64,000 bases of DNA from Tubulanus polymorphus (Eukaryota > Animalia > Nemertea), in NCBI RefSeq assembly GCF_964204645.1, contig NC_134028.1, positions 6,076,001 to 6,140,000 on the forward strand, read 5' to 3'. The translations under genes were made by a program, and so were the position numbers. Numbering within the stretch: the first letter of the stretch is position 1; every line of letters starts with the position of its first letter. Below are positions 12,301 through 25,633 of this stretch, one piece after another. The notes below the pieces were generated by a model. That model was not told where the DNA came from, did no database searches, and saw nothing but the letters and a program-made list of their open reading frames with translations.

Positions 12301-13286
12301 CTGTATATAGAAATTTCAGTCCTCATATGAATATCATTTAATAATTGACTATCATCAAAAATCTATTTACCGGTCCATATGGCTGAACTTTCATCTTCAC
12401 TAGTCTTAAACAGTGATGAACTAGTCCTACTACTGCAATTAATTATTGGGGTTTGAATCAGCAATTGACGTCAATGAATCTTACTTTGTGAAAAACACGG
12501 TGGCTTGTAATTTGAAATGACATGTAAATTATGATAAATCTGTCTGAAATGTTTTGCTTTCTTCATTTTGTTTCAGCCAAACTAAATTTCGGAAAAATTG
12601 GCCTGAAGAAGATACTCACAAGTAGATGAATACTGATCGACCCATTCGCTGATGAAAACTGCAGAAGCCCAGATGAAAAGTTGAGGAGCCAGCAACGGAT
12701 TAATCACTCAACGATGGATTCTTCTACAAACGGTGGCTGATTTTTATAAAATATTTTATCAGGAGCTGCAGAGACTATAGTGAATCTTATAAACACTAAT
12801 TCGAGCGACAAAGCTAATGGATTAGGCCTATCTCATAAACACTGATTCAGGATGAACACTGTTTTAAAAGCAGCAAAGACAATAGTGTATCTTATTAGGA
12901 GCAGCATAGATAATAGTGCATCTTATAAACACCGAGATCCAGGAGCAACAAAGACAATAGCGGACTTCTGTAGTAAAGTATTGATTTTTTTTACTTAACA
13001 CCTTTTTCAAACCAGTCTGATAGATGATATAGTGTTTTCGAGGAAACTATTTCATAATGTTTATGCAATGTGAGAGTCTAATAAAAGCTAAGCTCCATTA
13101 GCCTAATGCACGATTTTGGTCTTCGATCCTTGGTCGATAGATAAGTCAAGTTAAGTTAGTCACTAGGGGTAAATGGTCGTGTTGAGTGCTAGTTTGGACT
13201 CGTAGGTCTGTTGAGTTAACTCCTAAACTGAGATATAGTTTCAAGATGAATTGTGAGTTTAATCTTCCAACTTACCATAGTTAAAC

Positions 13287-13313
13287 CATGGACTCTTCGT
13301 TTTAGAGTCCATG
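13287..13313. mobile_element. 27-bp palindromic micro-element with 7-bp TSD
   Basis: GTTAAAC-CATGGACTCTTCGTTTTAGAGTCCATG-GTTAAAC. Confidence 0.7.
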
Positions 13314-16300
13314 GTTAAACATAGTCAACTGTGGCTATTTGTCGGTGTATCACATAGTTAGGAGACATAGAACATAACGTTAGACCAGTGGTGATGTACA
13401 AATATTAACTATTTGCTGAATTGATTTCACATTGACCTTTAAGCCTCCATCAATCTGTTCGATGATCATAGCTATGTATTTGAAAACTAAAGCTTTTCTG
13501 AAAGGAGACCATTATTTACATTTGAGAGGTAAAGCTAGGAATAACGAGGCATAAAGTTATAGCAAGGACTAATTTTTAATGTTTTAACATTGTTTATAGC
13601 TGTTTGAACTTCTTCTATTGTAATGGGTAAATCCATATCACAAGATAGCTCTCGTGAATTATCACTTAGCTTCAAATCGGGTTTATAATGATTTTTAAGG
13701 AGTGGCAGTGAATCGGTAGTGCTTTTTCAAAATGGGCCCAGAACTTTACAGTGAAAAAATGCCTGCAGTTGTAAATAGAGGAGTATAAATAGTACATTAT
13801 ACAAACTACAAGTACATAAATTAATTCTAAAAAATAAAAAAAAACTAATAAATGATAAATAGAATAAACAACAATACAAACAAACAACAAATTAATATTC
13901 TATTTACATGAAAAGGCATTTTTTCAAATATTTACCAACAAGGTTCTTCATTTATCGAACAACCTTCCCTAAGTATAGCGAAAACCCCAGATCTTTTCTG
14001 TTGTTATTCAAAGCATTGTATCAACTCAGTTATTGTAATGAACAAAACAAATAACCATAAACCTTAACTAAATCGAAAGCACGTAAAAAAATAACTGATA
14101 TGATAGAATGCTTTGAATAACTGTGATGAAAGATCGACCGTCCTTTAACTAGCCACGCTCAATCACTGCTGTGACTGTTTATTGTTATACTGGGATAGAC
14201 TTACTGTCTAAAATCTGGTAAACACTTTTTACCTTTTTAAAAGAATGTTAAACAGCTATAAACTAAGTTATTGGTGTTATTGATTAGTTACCGATTGTAT
14301 GATTACGTTGATCTTTTCAAAGCTGGAAGAAAAACTTCAGAATACTTAGTTTGTAATGTCAAGGTGTTAGGTAATCTTTAAGTCGGGGCAAAGTTGGCAA
14401 AATTCTAGTTTTCTAGTGAAAGTAATGTTAATGAAAATGAAATTAACACTGATTAATTGATACTAAGATTTCCAGAGCGAATCCGAGTTTCTCATCTCTA
14501 GTTTAAATGCTTTTATGTCGGAGACTGTTATTGTCACACAATTTGCATGTTTGTAAATTAGGAACTTGCATGATAATTCCTCGATTAAGATATTAGTGTT
14601 GTGTGAATAAAATGATGTACATTTTCATCATTCATGTTGAAACATTTCAGTGTTAGGTTTTATAGCAACAATTTCACTTTGGTGCTTTTCAGTGGTTCAT
14701 GAAATACTGATTTAATTAAGGGCCTGTCGAAAATAGCAGCAGTTTCTTGATAACTTTAGAATGCAATGCTAATTGGTTAATTGTCCTAGCTTTGTTTTGA
14801 TTATCGGTTTAACTGCGTCTGTGTGGGGCCTGTAATATCTGGACTCGAAGAATTTCTGATCTTTATATAGAGTTGTATTTATATCCACTATCAAGTTGAA
14901 TAATATAATTAAGAAGTTACTGTACGAAGCTTTGTCACTTTAACCATATTTGTTTGAAGATACTCGATTTATCTTGAATTGTCACGAAGAAAAACCTTTA
15001 TAATATTTTGCCTGGTTTGATCTAAGGAATAAATGCCACTTGACCTTAGGGCAAGCATATATGTAGTATCACTTGACCCTCAAAAATCAACTTGTCCTAC
15101 ATGAGCAGTGCGATTGTGACACATTCATCCCTTACATAGAGTGGGCGACTTTTTCGCTGTGGTGCTTTTCGATCAGTGGTTCATAAAATACTATTTTTAT
15201 TAAGGTCCTTATGGAAAATAGAGGAGCAGTCTCCTGATAAATGAGGATATATGAAGTGTTAATTAGTAGATTGTGCCAGCTGCTGTATTCAAATTGACAG
15301 GTGAACAATTTTATCTTGTTGATTGCATATAAGAGGATACCTCAAAAATACTTTGTATTAAATGTAACATGTGAGAAGATAACCAATTTGATCATGTCTG
15401 AGCAAAGGTGGCAAAACTCTAGTTATCTTGTAAAATAAAATTGATGACAATTAAATCAAAGACTGTCATAAGCTTTCCAGTTTGAGTTTGTGTTTTTATC
15501 TCTTGTTTAAATGTTTTTATATTTTATATTGGAGACTTTTTTTCTAAATACAGTATTTGGCCAGGGTTATCTCTTGTTTTAGTGCGGGGGCCATGGACAA
15601 TTGAGTCCATGGTTGGGCCATAGAGTTTTTTGTTTTAGAGTCTATGTTTGGACCATGGGCGTATAAACTCTTGTTTATAGTTTATACGCCTATGGTGGTT
15701 GAGCTAGTTATTTTTGAAATTCCATGTGTTTGAGGAGCTTACATTATAATTCCTCGAGCACTCCTGGCATTTTGTATAATTGTTGTATGAGAATAAATAT
15801 AATTGATTTTAAAATTTGTTAAGTTTAATATAGCAACTCCTGGATAAAGGCCTAAATCGATTTAAAAAACTGAATTAGTGTAGAAATTAAATCGATTGAT
15901 AAATTAATTTTAGTGGAAAAAAGATAATCTGTTGATCCAGTGTTAATAAGCAGTTTTTATACTACCTACAACTCTGATACGAGCCCCGGTGTTTTATTCT
16001 TGCAATGCACTTCCTTTTTCAACCCATAAATAATCCCACCAACTGGTCCGCTGGCAAACTTTCACACGTTCGGAAGACATGATTATGTGATTATATGACT
16101 CAATGGCAAAGCCAATACGACTTAGCACATTACACCGGGCCCGTTGACAGTTGTTGATGGAAGAGGACGGAGAAAGCAGTGTGATAGTGACATTAACCAA
16201 AATCTAGTAGAGATCGTGTTGATGATTTCTCTAGATAATAATTGATTATGTGGCCAGAGATGGTAGATAAGTTGAATTCGAAAGTTTTACAAATAAGAGC

Positions 16301-17195
16301 TGATTCTACTATGTGTCTTATGGACGTCTTTACTCCACCCGGACTTTGGGTCATTTATAACTAGCCACGGTTCAAAGGAAAGCGGCTGATGTGTGATGGA
16401 ACCTTAGGTCTGGAGTTCTTGACAAGTTGAATGACAGAAAACAACAGCAGAGACAATAGAATCGGGAACCTAACGCTGACTGGGTAGGTCAGGCCCTTCA
16501 GAAAACTATCACACACTGGCCTATAATATATCTAAAATAACTCCGGGACTGAAACGTGTAATTCGTAAAACGTAAGTCGTAACGTATTGAAGGAAATGTA
16601 AGTCGTAATTCGTAAAACGTAACTCGTTATTCGTAAGTCATATGGCCATGAGGAATTGCATAGGAAAATCCTATCCACCAATAATATTCAGCGTCAGCCT
16701 AACCAAATCCAATGACTAACACCATCAAAATTAGAACAAGGGGTCCAGGGAAATTCCCACAATAGTTCGTTGTATCCAATATGAAATTAGTTAAATTGTC
16801 GTACTTGGGACAAAACTATATTTGCTATATCCGATGAATCGTTGTATCAGAGTTCGTTATAACGAGGTTCCACTGTAGTATCCAAGAGGTTGGACTTCTG
16901 GTAACCTTAGTGTCTGATGTACCACAGTTGGTTACACTAGGATCGTGAACGACGGAGATCTCTGTGGAGGCAATCACTGCCAGGAATGGGTGAATTCTTG
17001 GGGTATTTCGGAAACACACTCGACACTACCCTGAATGATCAGTGTGCAGACTAACGAAATTTGAACGCAGTCCGCTAAACATAAACTCAAAAATCTCTTC
17101 CATTTGTGCTCCAAAGAAAAATAAGAGCACTGAAAATCATTTTATCTAGAAATGTTATTCAATTTTCTATACATTCAAATATACAAGTTCACTCG

Positions 17196-20100
17196 TCAAT
17201 TGTCGTCGAAGTAAATATGTTTTTTCTTATTTACGTCTGTGACTATTGATTCTGCCTTCTTTAATACCTGAAAAAAACAACTGATGAGTTTAATATCACA
17301 GCTGGTAAAATCTATTAACTTGGAGGCTTTGTGATTATTTCAAGCTGAAATACTATTCTAGCATCGGGGTAACCTGTGAGATTGTCTGATACTCGACTAG
17401 GAGCTGAAATACCTACTTTTTGAGACCCGCGTTTTTTCTGTTTCGTTTTGCTGCTCAGTTTTTGTTTTCGATCGACCTCGATTCTCTCCCAATATTGCTT
17501 TTCTTCTTCACCTGAAACCCATATGAGACAATGTTCAATGAACCAAAACTCTTCAGAATTTACTTTCAGCAATTTACTTTTTCTTAATTTCAGCATGGTT
17601 TCATAGACTGGTATTATCTTTAACCTGGGCCTGGTTTTATGGACAAGAATCAACATTAACCCAGGTGTTAACTCAATTGAAAATCAATTGAGTAAGCCCC
17701 TGAGTTCAAGTTATAAAACCAGCCTCTGGGGGTTAACTCATTATATTTTCAATTTTGAGTCAACCCCAGGGTTAAAGATGAAAACAGTCTATAAAACCGG
17801 ACCTCAAGAAGTATCAGTTACCCTGTAAAAGTTGAAGCTCTATTCCTGCCACGTTAGCGTCCAAAACAGCCTTAGCGCCCTCGACATTCAAACATCTGAT
17901 GTAACCATCTACAGCCTCATCTTTCAAATCAATATAAGCTATGCCATCGGCGGGAATCTTCTCCTGAAAAGTTTTTCAAACATTCAACTTGGTGCCGATT
18001 GTTGAAAAATTATTAAGCCTGCCCCAACCTCGTTAGTTACCTTATCATTGGTGGTAAGCTTTTAAAATCAGATGGACTTATACATGCACCAACTTAATGA
18101 AAATATCCGATTGTGAAACTAAACCACGGACAGGTTACTGACTAACCCCAACCTAATCGGGGAAAACAGCCCCGCTGTATGAGCTATTCTACATGTATTT
18201 CATCATCACTATAGCTTATGCCATTCTCTCCCGTCAGTCATATGAACCTGCCTGCCGAGGGATCACTTTATATGAGTTCATAAATCAATTCGATGTGAAA
18301 TAGCATTCTTACTTTAAGTAGTTTTCGATTCGTTGGCTCGGTTGATTTCAGGTGAATTATTACGCCGGGTACGAATTCTAATTTCTTTCGACTCGCAATC
18401 GCTTCTTCTTCCATCAATTTCTGTTTTTCTTCCTCTGAAATCGTTTTCAAAAAGGAATCACGAGGCAGGAAAACGTAAATTCATCGAGTCTGGTCATTAT
18501 CCTCCGACAAAATAGCAACGTTTCAGCTATTTCTGGAATTGACTCAGGAAATAACCTTTGTTCTTTACCTTTCTGTCTTTCACGATTCGTATGTTCCTTT
18601 ATTGCCTCTTTCAATTCAGACATGCTTCTCTTTTGCAAATTAAGGTATTCGTTTCGCAATGACAGCCAACTTTTTCTGAAAAAATTCGATACCGTTATAA
18701 GCCTAGAAACGAAACAGCTAATACATGAGTTCCTACTTCTTATAAAAGTTATAGCTGTTAAAAAGACCCTAGTCTTAGTCATACTTTGTTAGAACTCTCA
18801 AACGTGGCAAATCTTTATTTTTCTTCTCGCCATTTTTCTTCTTATTTTTACGTGTTTTGTTTTTCTTCTTTCGCGGCTTTTCCTCATCAGTCTTCGCCTC
18901 CTGGTCGTGTGCGGGATCTAATTTCGGTTTTTTCGCGGGAGTCTCCGACGATTCCGAATCATCGCTATTCGAATCGTCGTCGTCCGAAGAGCCGAGTATG
19001 AATTTGACAGGTTTCGACTCGGACACGACGACGTTTGAACCATTATTTTCGCTGACGGTTCTTCGCCTCTTTTGCGGTTTCGTCGATTCTCGGTCGGTCT
19101 CCGATAAACTATGCGTTCGTTTCCGACTCTGAAGGATTTCAACTGCAAAACGAACATTGAAGATTTTTAAGTGTCAATAAATCCCCGTAACGAGTATCTT
19201 TACTTTATCCCCGACTATTCCCTGACATGCACGTTGTTTTCAATGAGTTGATCTGCTAAGAATCCAATCAATTAACACAGTCAAATACATAAGACATAGA
19301 CGGAAACTGTTTGATTATACGCACGATCTAGCAATCTCGAATTTCACTGGCTTTCCCCTAATTTTTAGCTTTTTTTCAAACAAAATTCCATGATTTTTTT
19401 CAAAGAAGATAAATTTCCCTCACTTTTCTCTGATTTAGAGGTAAAGTAGCCACTCAACTGTTTATTATAACTATATACCTTTAGAGGTCTCGATTTCATG
19501 CTGTTTCTTCTCCAGTTGAATTGTCTGTTTGCTCGTTTTCGGGAATTTTCCCGCGTGTTGAGGCGCATCGGACGGGGGATTGTTCATCATCTGTCGTAGG
19601 AAAAACCAAAAAATAACCGGTAATCGCGAAATTGAATTACCTTTTCCGAAAAACTGGTATTCTCAACATTCTTACCTTAATCGCTTCCGCGGCCTGATCT
19701 TTCGTTCGAAATTCAACGAACCCGAAACCTTTAAAGTCACCTGTACTTTTATATCGGGGTAGACTGACGTACAGAACGTCGCCGCAAACGCTGAACACTT
19801 TTTTCACCCAGTCGTGATCAACGTGAGATGGCAAACATTCCTACGTAAAACAAGATCAGAAGTATTGAGAAAATCTATCAGACTGAAAGTATTCCGATAT
19901 AAACCCACATTACATGCAAAATATTATGCAGGATGGCCACTTTTATCTGGTTGCTTTTTCCCTGACAATTCCAACATGCGCGTTGTTTCCCCGATTTGAC
20001 CTGCTCAGAATCTAATCAATTAACAACAGTCAAATGTAAGACATAGACAGGAACTATTTGAACTATCAAATTATCATTTCATTCTATGACTAGAAATTTC

Positions 20101-21120
20101 GCTGATCTTAAGCACTTTTTACAAATTTCCTTCACTTTTTTTTTTACAAGGGAATTTTATTCCCTGACTTTTCCCTGATTTCCAGGCAAGTCGCCATCCT
20201 GTTAATGTCTACTTACAATATAAACAGTACGTTCATCAACATCGCACAAAACTTTAACCGTAGATTTCCTTCGAACCATTGTCTTGTCTTCGTTCAACTT
20301 GAAAACATAGTAATGTCAGCAACATTTGTTCAGAAAAATTCATGATCAATGAAGAAATCAATTTTATTTTTGACGAAGGGCAATAACGACAGCCTACCTC
20401 TAACATGCTAGAAAATGATAACGCTTTGATGATGACTTTCATATCTGTGCTTAGAGTTCGGAGTTTGTTGAACTTCTTGAAAATGTCAAGATCCACATCT
20501 ATGAGAAAAAAAAGCACAAAGAAAGAAAGATTATCTCGAGGAGTATGATTCTTGGGTTATAAAATCTTGAAAATTTTGTAAGGGGCCTGTATAAGAAGTT
20601 TGGGGGTGAAGAGCAGCTTAGATCATCCAATATTCCATAAATAGTACCTGGTGGGACATTGGAATCTGAACTACAGTTCTCCACCCCCAAACTTCAACTA
20701 CAAGTCCTGTCAGCGCGAAAATAAAAAAAGTCAGTAGGCCCTACTTGAAGCCGAAGGGGGTACTTGGCGGTTGGAGGCCTATTATTTGGCCAATAATTGG
20801 GTTTTACTTACATCCCGCAGAATTTTCATGCACTAATTTTCCGAGAAATCGGTCTTTGCTGATGTTTGCATCACTGAAATAGAATTCCATCTGAAAAAAA
20901 GCAAATACAATTGATTGGATCGAAATTAAGATTGGAGTGATTGGACCAGTCCAATGCCGGCAATGAATCATGATTGGTGACCAGAAAATGATTGACAAAT
21001 ATGGCGAAAATAATCGCAAAAAAAGTTTTTCTTCACCTGATCCTTAATCTGTGAGTAAAGCTTCTTCATTCTTTTCTTGTACTTCTTTTTATCACCGTCT
21101 TTTTTTTCATGAACTTCCAT
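17196..21120 (-). CDS. LARP7: La-related protein 7 (La motif, RRM1, xRRM)
   Basis: 12 phase-compatible exons: 21037-21120, 20812-20890, 20398-20498, 20217-20297, 19676-19840, 19479-19590, 18785-19142, 18569-18675, 18313-18434, 17822-17963, 17417-17511, 17196-17267. Motifs: [17 protein letters not shown] (La), [32 protein letters not shown] (RRM1), [50 protein letters not shown] (xRRM), C-terminal KHIYFDDN. Confidence 0.95.
19929..20201. mobile_element. MITE in a LARP7 intron; related copies at ~19190-19455 and ~670-840
   Basis: Termini CAGGATGGC...GCCATCCTG with internal TTCCCTGA repeats; hAT-like assignment is tentative. Confidence 0.6.
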
Positions 21121-22346
21121 TCTGATGCGAATCAGGGCCCACTTTCTAATATTTTCAAAAAAGGAAGTCCTGAAAAATCTCCACACAACCTTCGTGACTT
21201 TGTGGCTCGCGCCGATACGCAATGTTTGGATTACGAACATTTTCAACAGGCCGAATCCGCGCCTGCTCGCACAAAAATTCCTCGATCCAGTCATGGCTGG
21301 GCGACAGTTCACATTTTTTTTCTGTAATTTTAGATTTGTAATTCATTATTATACCATTTTGGTTCCTCTCTGTGATGGCCGGCCCAGATCGAACGGCTCC
21401 GATTGCATAGTTCAAATATTATCAAATATTGAATGGAACGACCATAGAACTAGTATAACGGATTAATAATATTCCGTTATAGTTCTATGATTACACCAGT
21501 GCCCCGTAACATTCATATTAGAATAAACCGATTATTGTATGATTTTTGGGGGGGAGGGGGGAATAAAGATGATTGATAAACTTGAGGCGTTTCGCGTATG
21601 CGGCCCGACTGGGGCGGGCCCGGCGGTGCGGTAGTGTCTATTTCAACTTTTGACTTCTGAAAGCATTTCAGGCCGGGTGGCCTAGCTCAATCATTTTTTT
21701 GTGGTAGATACCTGAGAACTCTTCAGAAAGGAATGACAGTTGAACTAAACTTTGGTTTTTAATCCATTCTAGCCGCGATCAGTGAGTGACTTGGCCAAAT
21801 TGTCACACCCCACGCAATTTAAAATGACATGATATATTATGGCTGCTGACTAGCTTTATCTCCCGATAGCTGTTTTAGTAGCAATAAAAAGCGATAAAGA
21901 TCATAATAGATCCCCGAAAAGTGGATGTATCAGGATCGTAGCTATATCGGCATGGGAGTTTAGATAACAACTCCGGAAAATATCACCCAATGACTATCGA
22001 ATCTTCAATAGGTTTTACTTATTAACTGTGAATACTGAGATTGATATCAGTCTTCCAGTCAAGTTCATTCGTAGTTAGTAACCCGCCTGTGGTTTAGTTC
22101 CATGATCGGACTATTTTCATAAGCCCATCCGATTAACCACCGATAAGGTAACCTAGTTCATTCGGTGACCCGGCCCGTGTGTTTGTGATTTCATCCATTC
22201 AGTAAAATGAATAAATAACTGGTGACGGCATGTATGTCACAATTCTATATCGTTGTCTATTGCAACTTGTCTGAACGGGTCCGGACCGAAGAGCCACTGC
22301 GAACGTTAAGCCAATTTTAAGTAAATTTCTTGACATTTACACTACA

Positions 22347-23183
22347 ATGGTAAGTCTTAAAGGCGCCTTTTAGCGAATTAGTGTATAGATGGCCGGGTAT
22401 AAAACGGTCGTTCAAAAATTATAGATTAGCGAAAGTAAGATTACAAAACCTGTCAACGTATACTAGACTTTCCTTGATTAATTCATGAATCCTTGCGCTT
22501 ATTTTTTTTCTTTTTTTTCTTGTAATTCGTGATCGATTTTTATTGCTAATTCATCATTATTCACGATCATATACTTGTTATATACGGGTCTCATTATATC
22601 CATGAAAATATTAGGTTATTTGTCCAGATGATTGGAAAACTCTGCGGGCGACTTTCAAAGCGTTCGATTCGGACAGAAGTGGGATCCTGACGGTAGAAAA
22701 GGTAAAAAGAGTTTTCGAGAATGCTGGCGTTAAGGTAGCTGAAGATGAAATCGCAAAACAACTGGTGCTCATGGACAGAAATGAAGACGGAAAAGTTGAC
22801 ATTGAAGGTATGTTTTACACCACTATAGGATAAACGATGCAACACCTACGGCACCCAAGAGTGCATGCTGGTAGTAACCAGGGGCTAGTTGCACAGTCAA
22901 GGCTAAGGTTTGTGACCAGTCTAAGACCGTCTTGGCTATGAAGCCAATCTAACAACTTAAGACGAGTCTTAAGATTTAAGACCACTTTTGGACTTACTAT
23001 GCAACTGGGCCCAGGATTATTAGCCCCTAACGGCGGTTCTATACACGAGTGACAATTCGGCTTACGGCGTTATTGAGCAGAATTTCGAAAATATATTCCG
23101 TTATACTACGTTTAAGGTAAATTGTTAATAGAGTTTCAATTATAATTTCAGACTACATTCAAGCTATGTTAGATCCGGAGTGA
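22347..23183 (+). CDS. Small two-EF-hand (half-calmodulin-like) protein, 75 aa
   Basis: Exons 22347-22349 (ATG only, then GTAAGT), 22615-22807, 23152-23183. Product MVICPDDWKTLRATFKAFDSDRSGILTVEKVKRVFENAGVKVAEDEIAKQLVLMDRNEDGKVDIEDYIQAMLDPE. Confidence 0.85.
22882..23011. mobile_element. MITE with CAG TSD (Harbinger-like)
   Basis: TIRs GGGCTAGTTGCACAGT / ACTATGCAACTGGGCC, flanked by CAG on both sides. Confidence 0.6.
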
Positions 23184-23653
23184 CCCGAGCCGCATATTCT
23201 TCCCTGAACGTGCCAAATGAAACAACTACCTCATATGCTTTTAATAGAGAAGCGATAGTGGATATATAATATCTATGTATGTTATTTTCTATGTTGAAAT
23301 AGCTCGGGAAATGAAAAGCTGTTTTTACTTATAAATGACTAATGTTTTAATAAATACGTAGATTCATTATGAATCTTTTATGAGATTTACTCTGCTATAT
23401 ACATGCATTTCGTTCTTTATTGCTTTAATTGGATCACATTTTGGTTTCTTTGGTGGCGTTAAAATCGAAGTCACGGGGTACCCGTACCTACTTTCTCATT
23501 CATGTCGATGGTGCCAGCTAAACAAATGGATTCCGATAACACTGACCTTTCTGAAAAGGACGAATTCTGCTTGTCACCTGAAAGTTCATCTATGACACCC
23601 CCAGGACTGGATGTCGTGGATGTCATACTGAGACATTTTTGATGGAATCAAAA

Positions 23654-23834
23654 CAGTGGAACCTCGTTAATACGAATCTTGTGGCAAAAGTGAAATTGAT
23701 GTACTAAACGAGTTTCCAAGTATTATCCAAATCTGGATTGATGATATTAATATGTTGGCTAGGACATGCAGGAAATCATCGTGATAAACGGGTTTCGTCA
23801 TAATAAACAGAATCGTATTAACGAGGTACTACTG
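23654..23834. mobile_element. Tc1/pogo-like MITE (duplicated at ~29515-29692; half copy at ~16820-16877)
   Basis: TIRs CAGTGGAACCTCGTTAATACGA / TCGTATTAACGAGGTACTACTG, followed by TA. Confidence 0.65.
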
Positions 23835-25633
23835 TATCAAAGAAATCTTCGGGCAAACAGATGGGCAGCGACTTACAAAAGCTAGTTCAATCAACTACAG
23901 AAAGCAATGAAATGTTACTGCATATATCCGGTACTTTATTTATAATTGCATTAGAATAGAATATAAAAGGTTCAAAAATAAGTAAAACACCAACAATGCA
24001 TATAACGATAATTATCAGTGGAATCTTATATATCCGCATTTCGATGGTGCCAGCGAAATCAAAATTCAATAATGATTCCTCCGACTGGGTGTCGTGGATG
24101 AATTGAAATGCACCATGCACTAGCGTCAAAATCTAAACACTTCCATGGTCGAGTGATATAGTCTCAATTACATCAGAATGTTCGTGACTTTTACAGCCCT
24201 AGGCTCGCACTGTCCCCCTCAACTTATGTATGTGTAAACTCTGTATACTAATGTAATGTCCCTATCTTATATCACATAGAAATATGTTATAATAATATCA
24301 TTAAAAGAATCGAATAGTCCTCATATGGGTTTTTTTCTATCGCAATCTCGTGACTGGCAACCATCCACGCGACAAACATTGACGTCACAGAAACAGATAC
24401 AAACCAGTAGACCTACTACAAAAAAGAAAATGTTTCCTTTGATATCGTGTTCGATATTGTGACCTACAGATTAATTCAAAAACTCTTCGCTTTACGGGTT
24501 ACTATTGTACGAACCTGAATAAGACATATGTAAAAAGTATACATATACACATGTGATACATGATGAAGTAAAACCTGCATATATTCCTCACCGAGCTCGC
24601 CAAAAACAACCTTGCTTGCTTCTTAAACACAGTTGACAAAAGATAATGTTTTTGCTAAGTTATTTGTTAATGTCAAAGTAGCCCGGTTAGTGAAAACCTG
24701 CTTTACTCTTTTTTTTCGATATAGCCTATAATTAGATTTTTATGACTTGAGATTCATCAAATATGTATTTCCTTTTTTATAACTTAAATTGGATCAAATT
24801 TCTTGTCTTTCTTGTGGTGTTTAGTCGGAAGTTACCTACTGTCATATCGATGGTACCAGTGAAATATGCAAATGGATTCCGGTGACACTGACTCTTCTGT
24901 AATGGACGAATTCTGTCTCTCCACGAAATCCAATTATGATACCTCCAGAACTGGATGCCGTGGATTTTATACTTAAAGATCCCTTTCTTGTGGAATTGAT
25001 ACATCACAGAAATCTTCGGACAAACAGATAAACAGAGACATTTTTAGAAAAATCTAGTCGGGTGAACTATAAAACATAGTACTAAGGTACTTTATTTAAA
25101 ATTGCATCCGAATAAGATATGAACAAGTAAAACATCAACACCGCATAGTATAACGATAATTCACCGCGGAATGTTATATAGCCATATCGACGGTGCCAGC
25201 GAAATATACAATTCGACGCCTTAAGGACTGAATGTCATGGATGTTAAAATACCTGAGCATTTTGATAGAATTTGATATCACAGAAATCTTCGGACTAACA
25301 AACTGAACAACTATTTACAAAAAATGTTAGTCGCATAAACTGAATAACACAATACCAGGTTACTGCATGTGCCCGGCAGCTTATATAGAATTGCACCAGA
25401 ATGATATAGAAAACGTTCAAAAATAAATAGACCATCAATAACGTCTATTAAAACGATAGTGTACAGCAAAACCTTGCAAAAAATCGGTAACAGGCTGATT
25501 ATGAAAACTAAATCATCAATCAATAATTTTAATAATAATAATTCGGATTAAAGCAAAACATGTATATCGATTCCATTTTTACACCTTATCTCTATTTACA
25601 CGATGAGTGATCATTGGACTGATATCGAGTAAT

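Noticed and set aside
15900-16500. Possible decayed transposase or Polinton gene near the right TIR
   Set aside because: The frames I read are short and stop-ridden, with no DDE, polymerase or capsid motif recognised.
16880-17060. Possible 7SK or other structured RNA next to LARP7
   Set aside because: No recognisable 7SK, snRNA or RNase P motif and no Pol III terminator; a covariance-model search would be needed.
19225-20065. Duplicated ~100-nt sequence in two adjacent LARP7 introns as candidate snoRNAs or miRNAs
   Set aside because: Both copies lie inside copies of one MITE (CAGGATGGC..GCCATCCTG), and no convincing C/D or H/ACA boxes are present.
20968-21312. N-terminal extension of LARP7 (114-aa ORF)
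   Set aside because: It starts at a non-ATG codon and has no homology signal; the ATG at 21120 gives a plausible LARP7 N-terminus.
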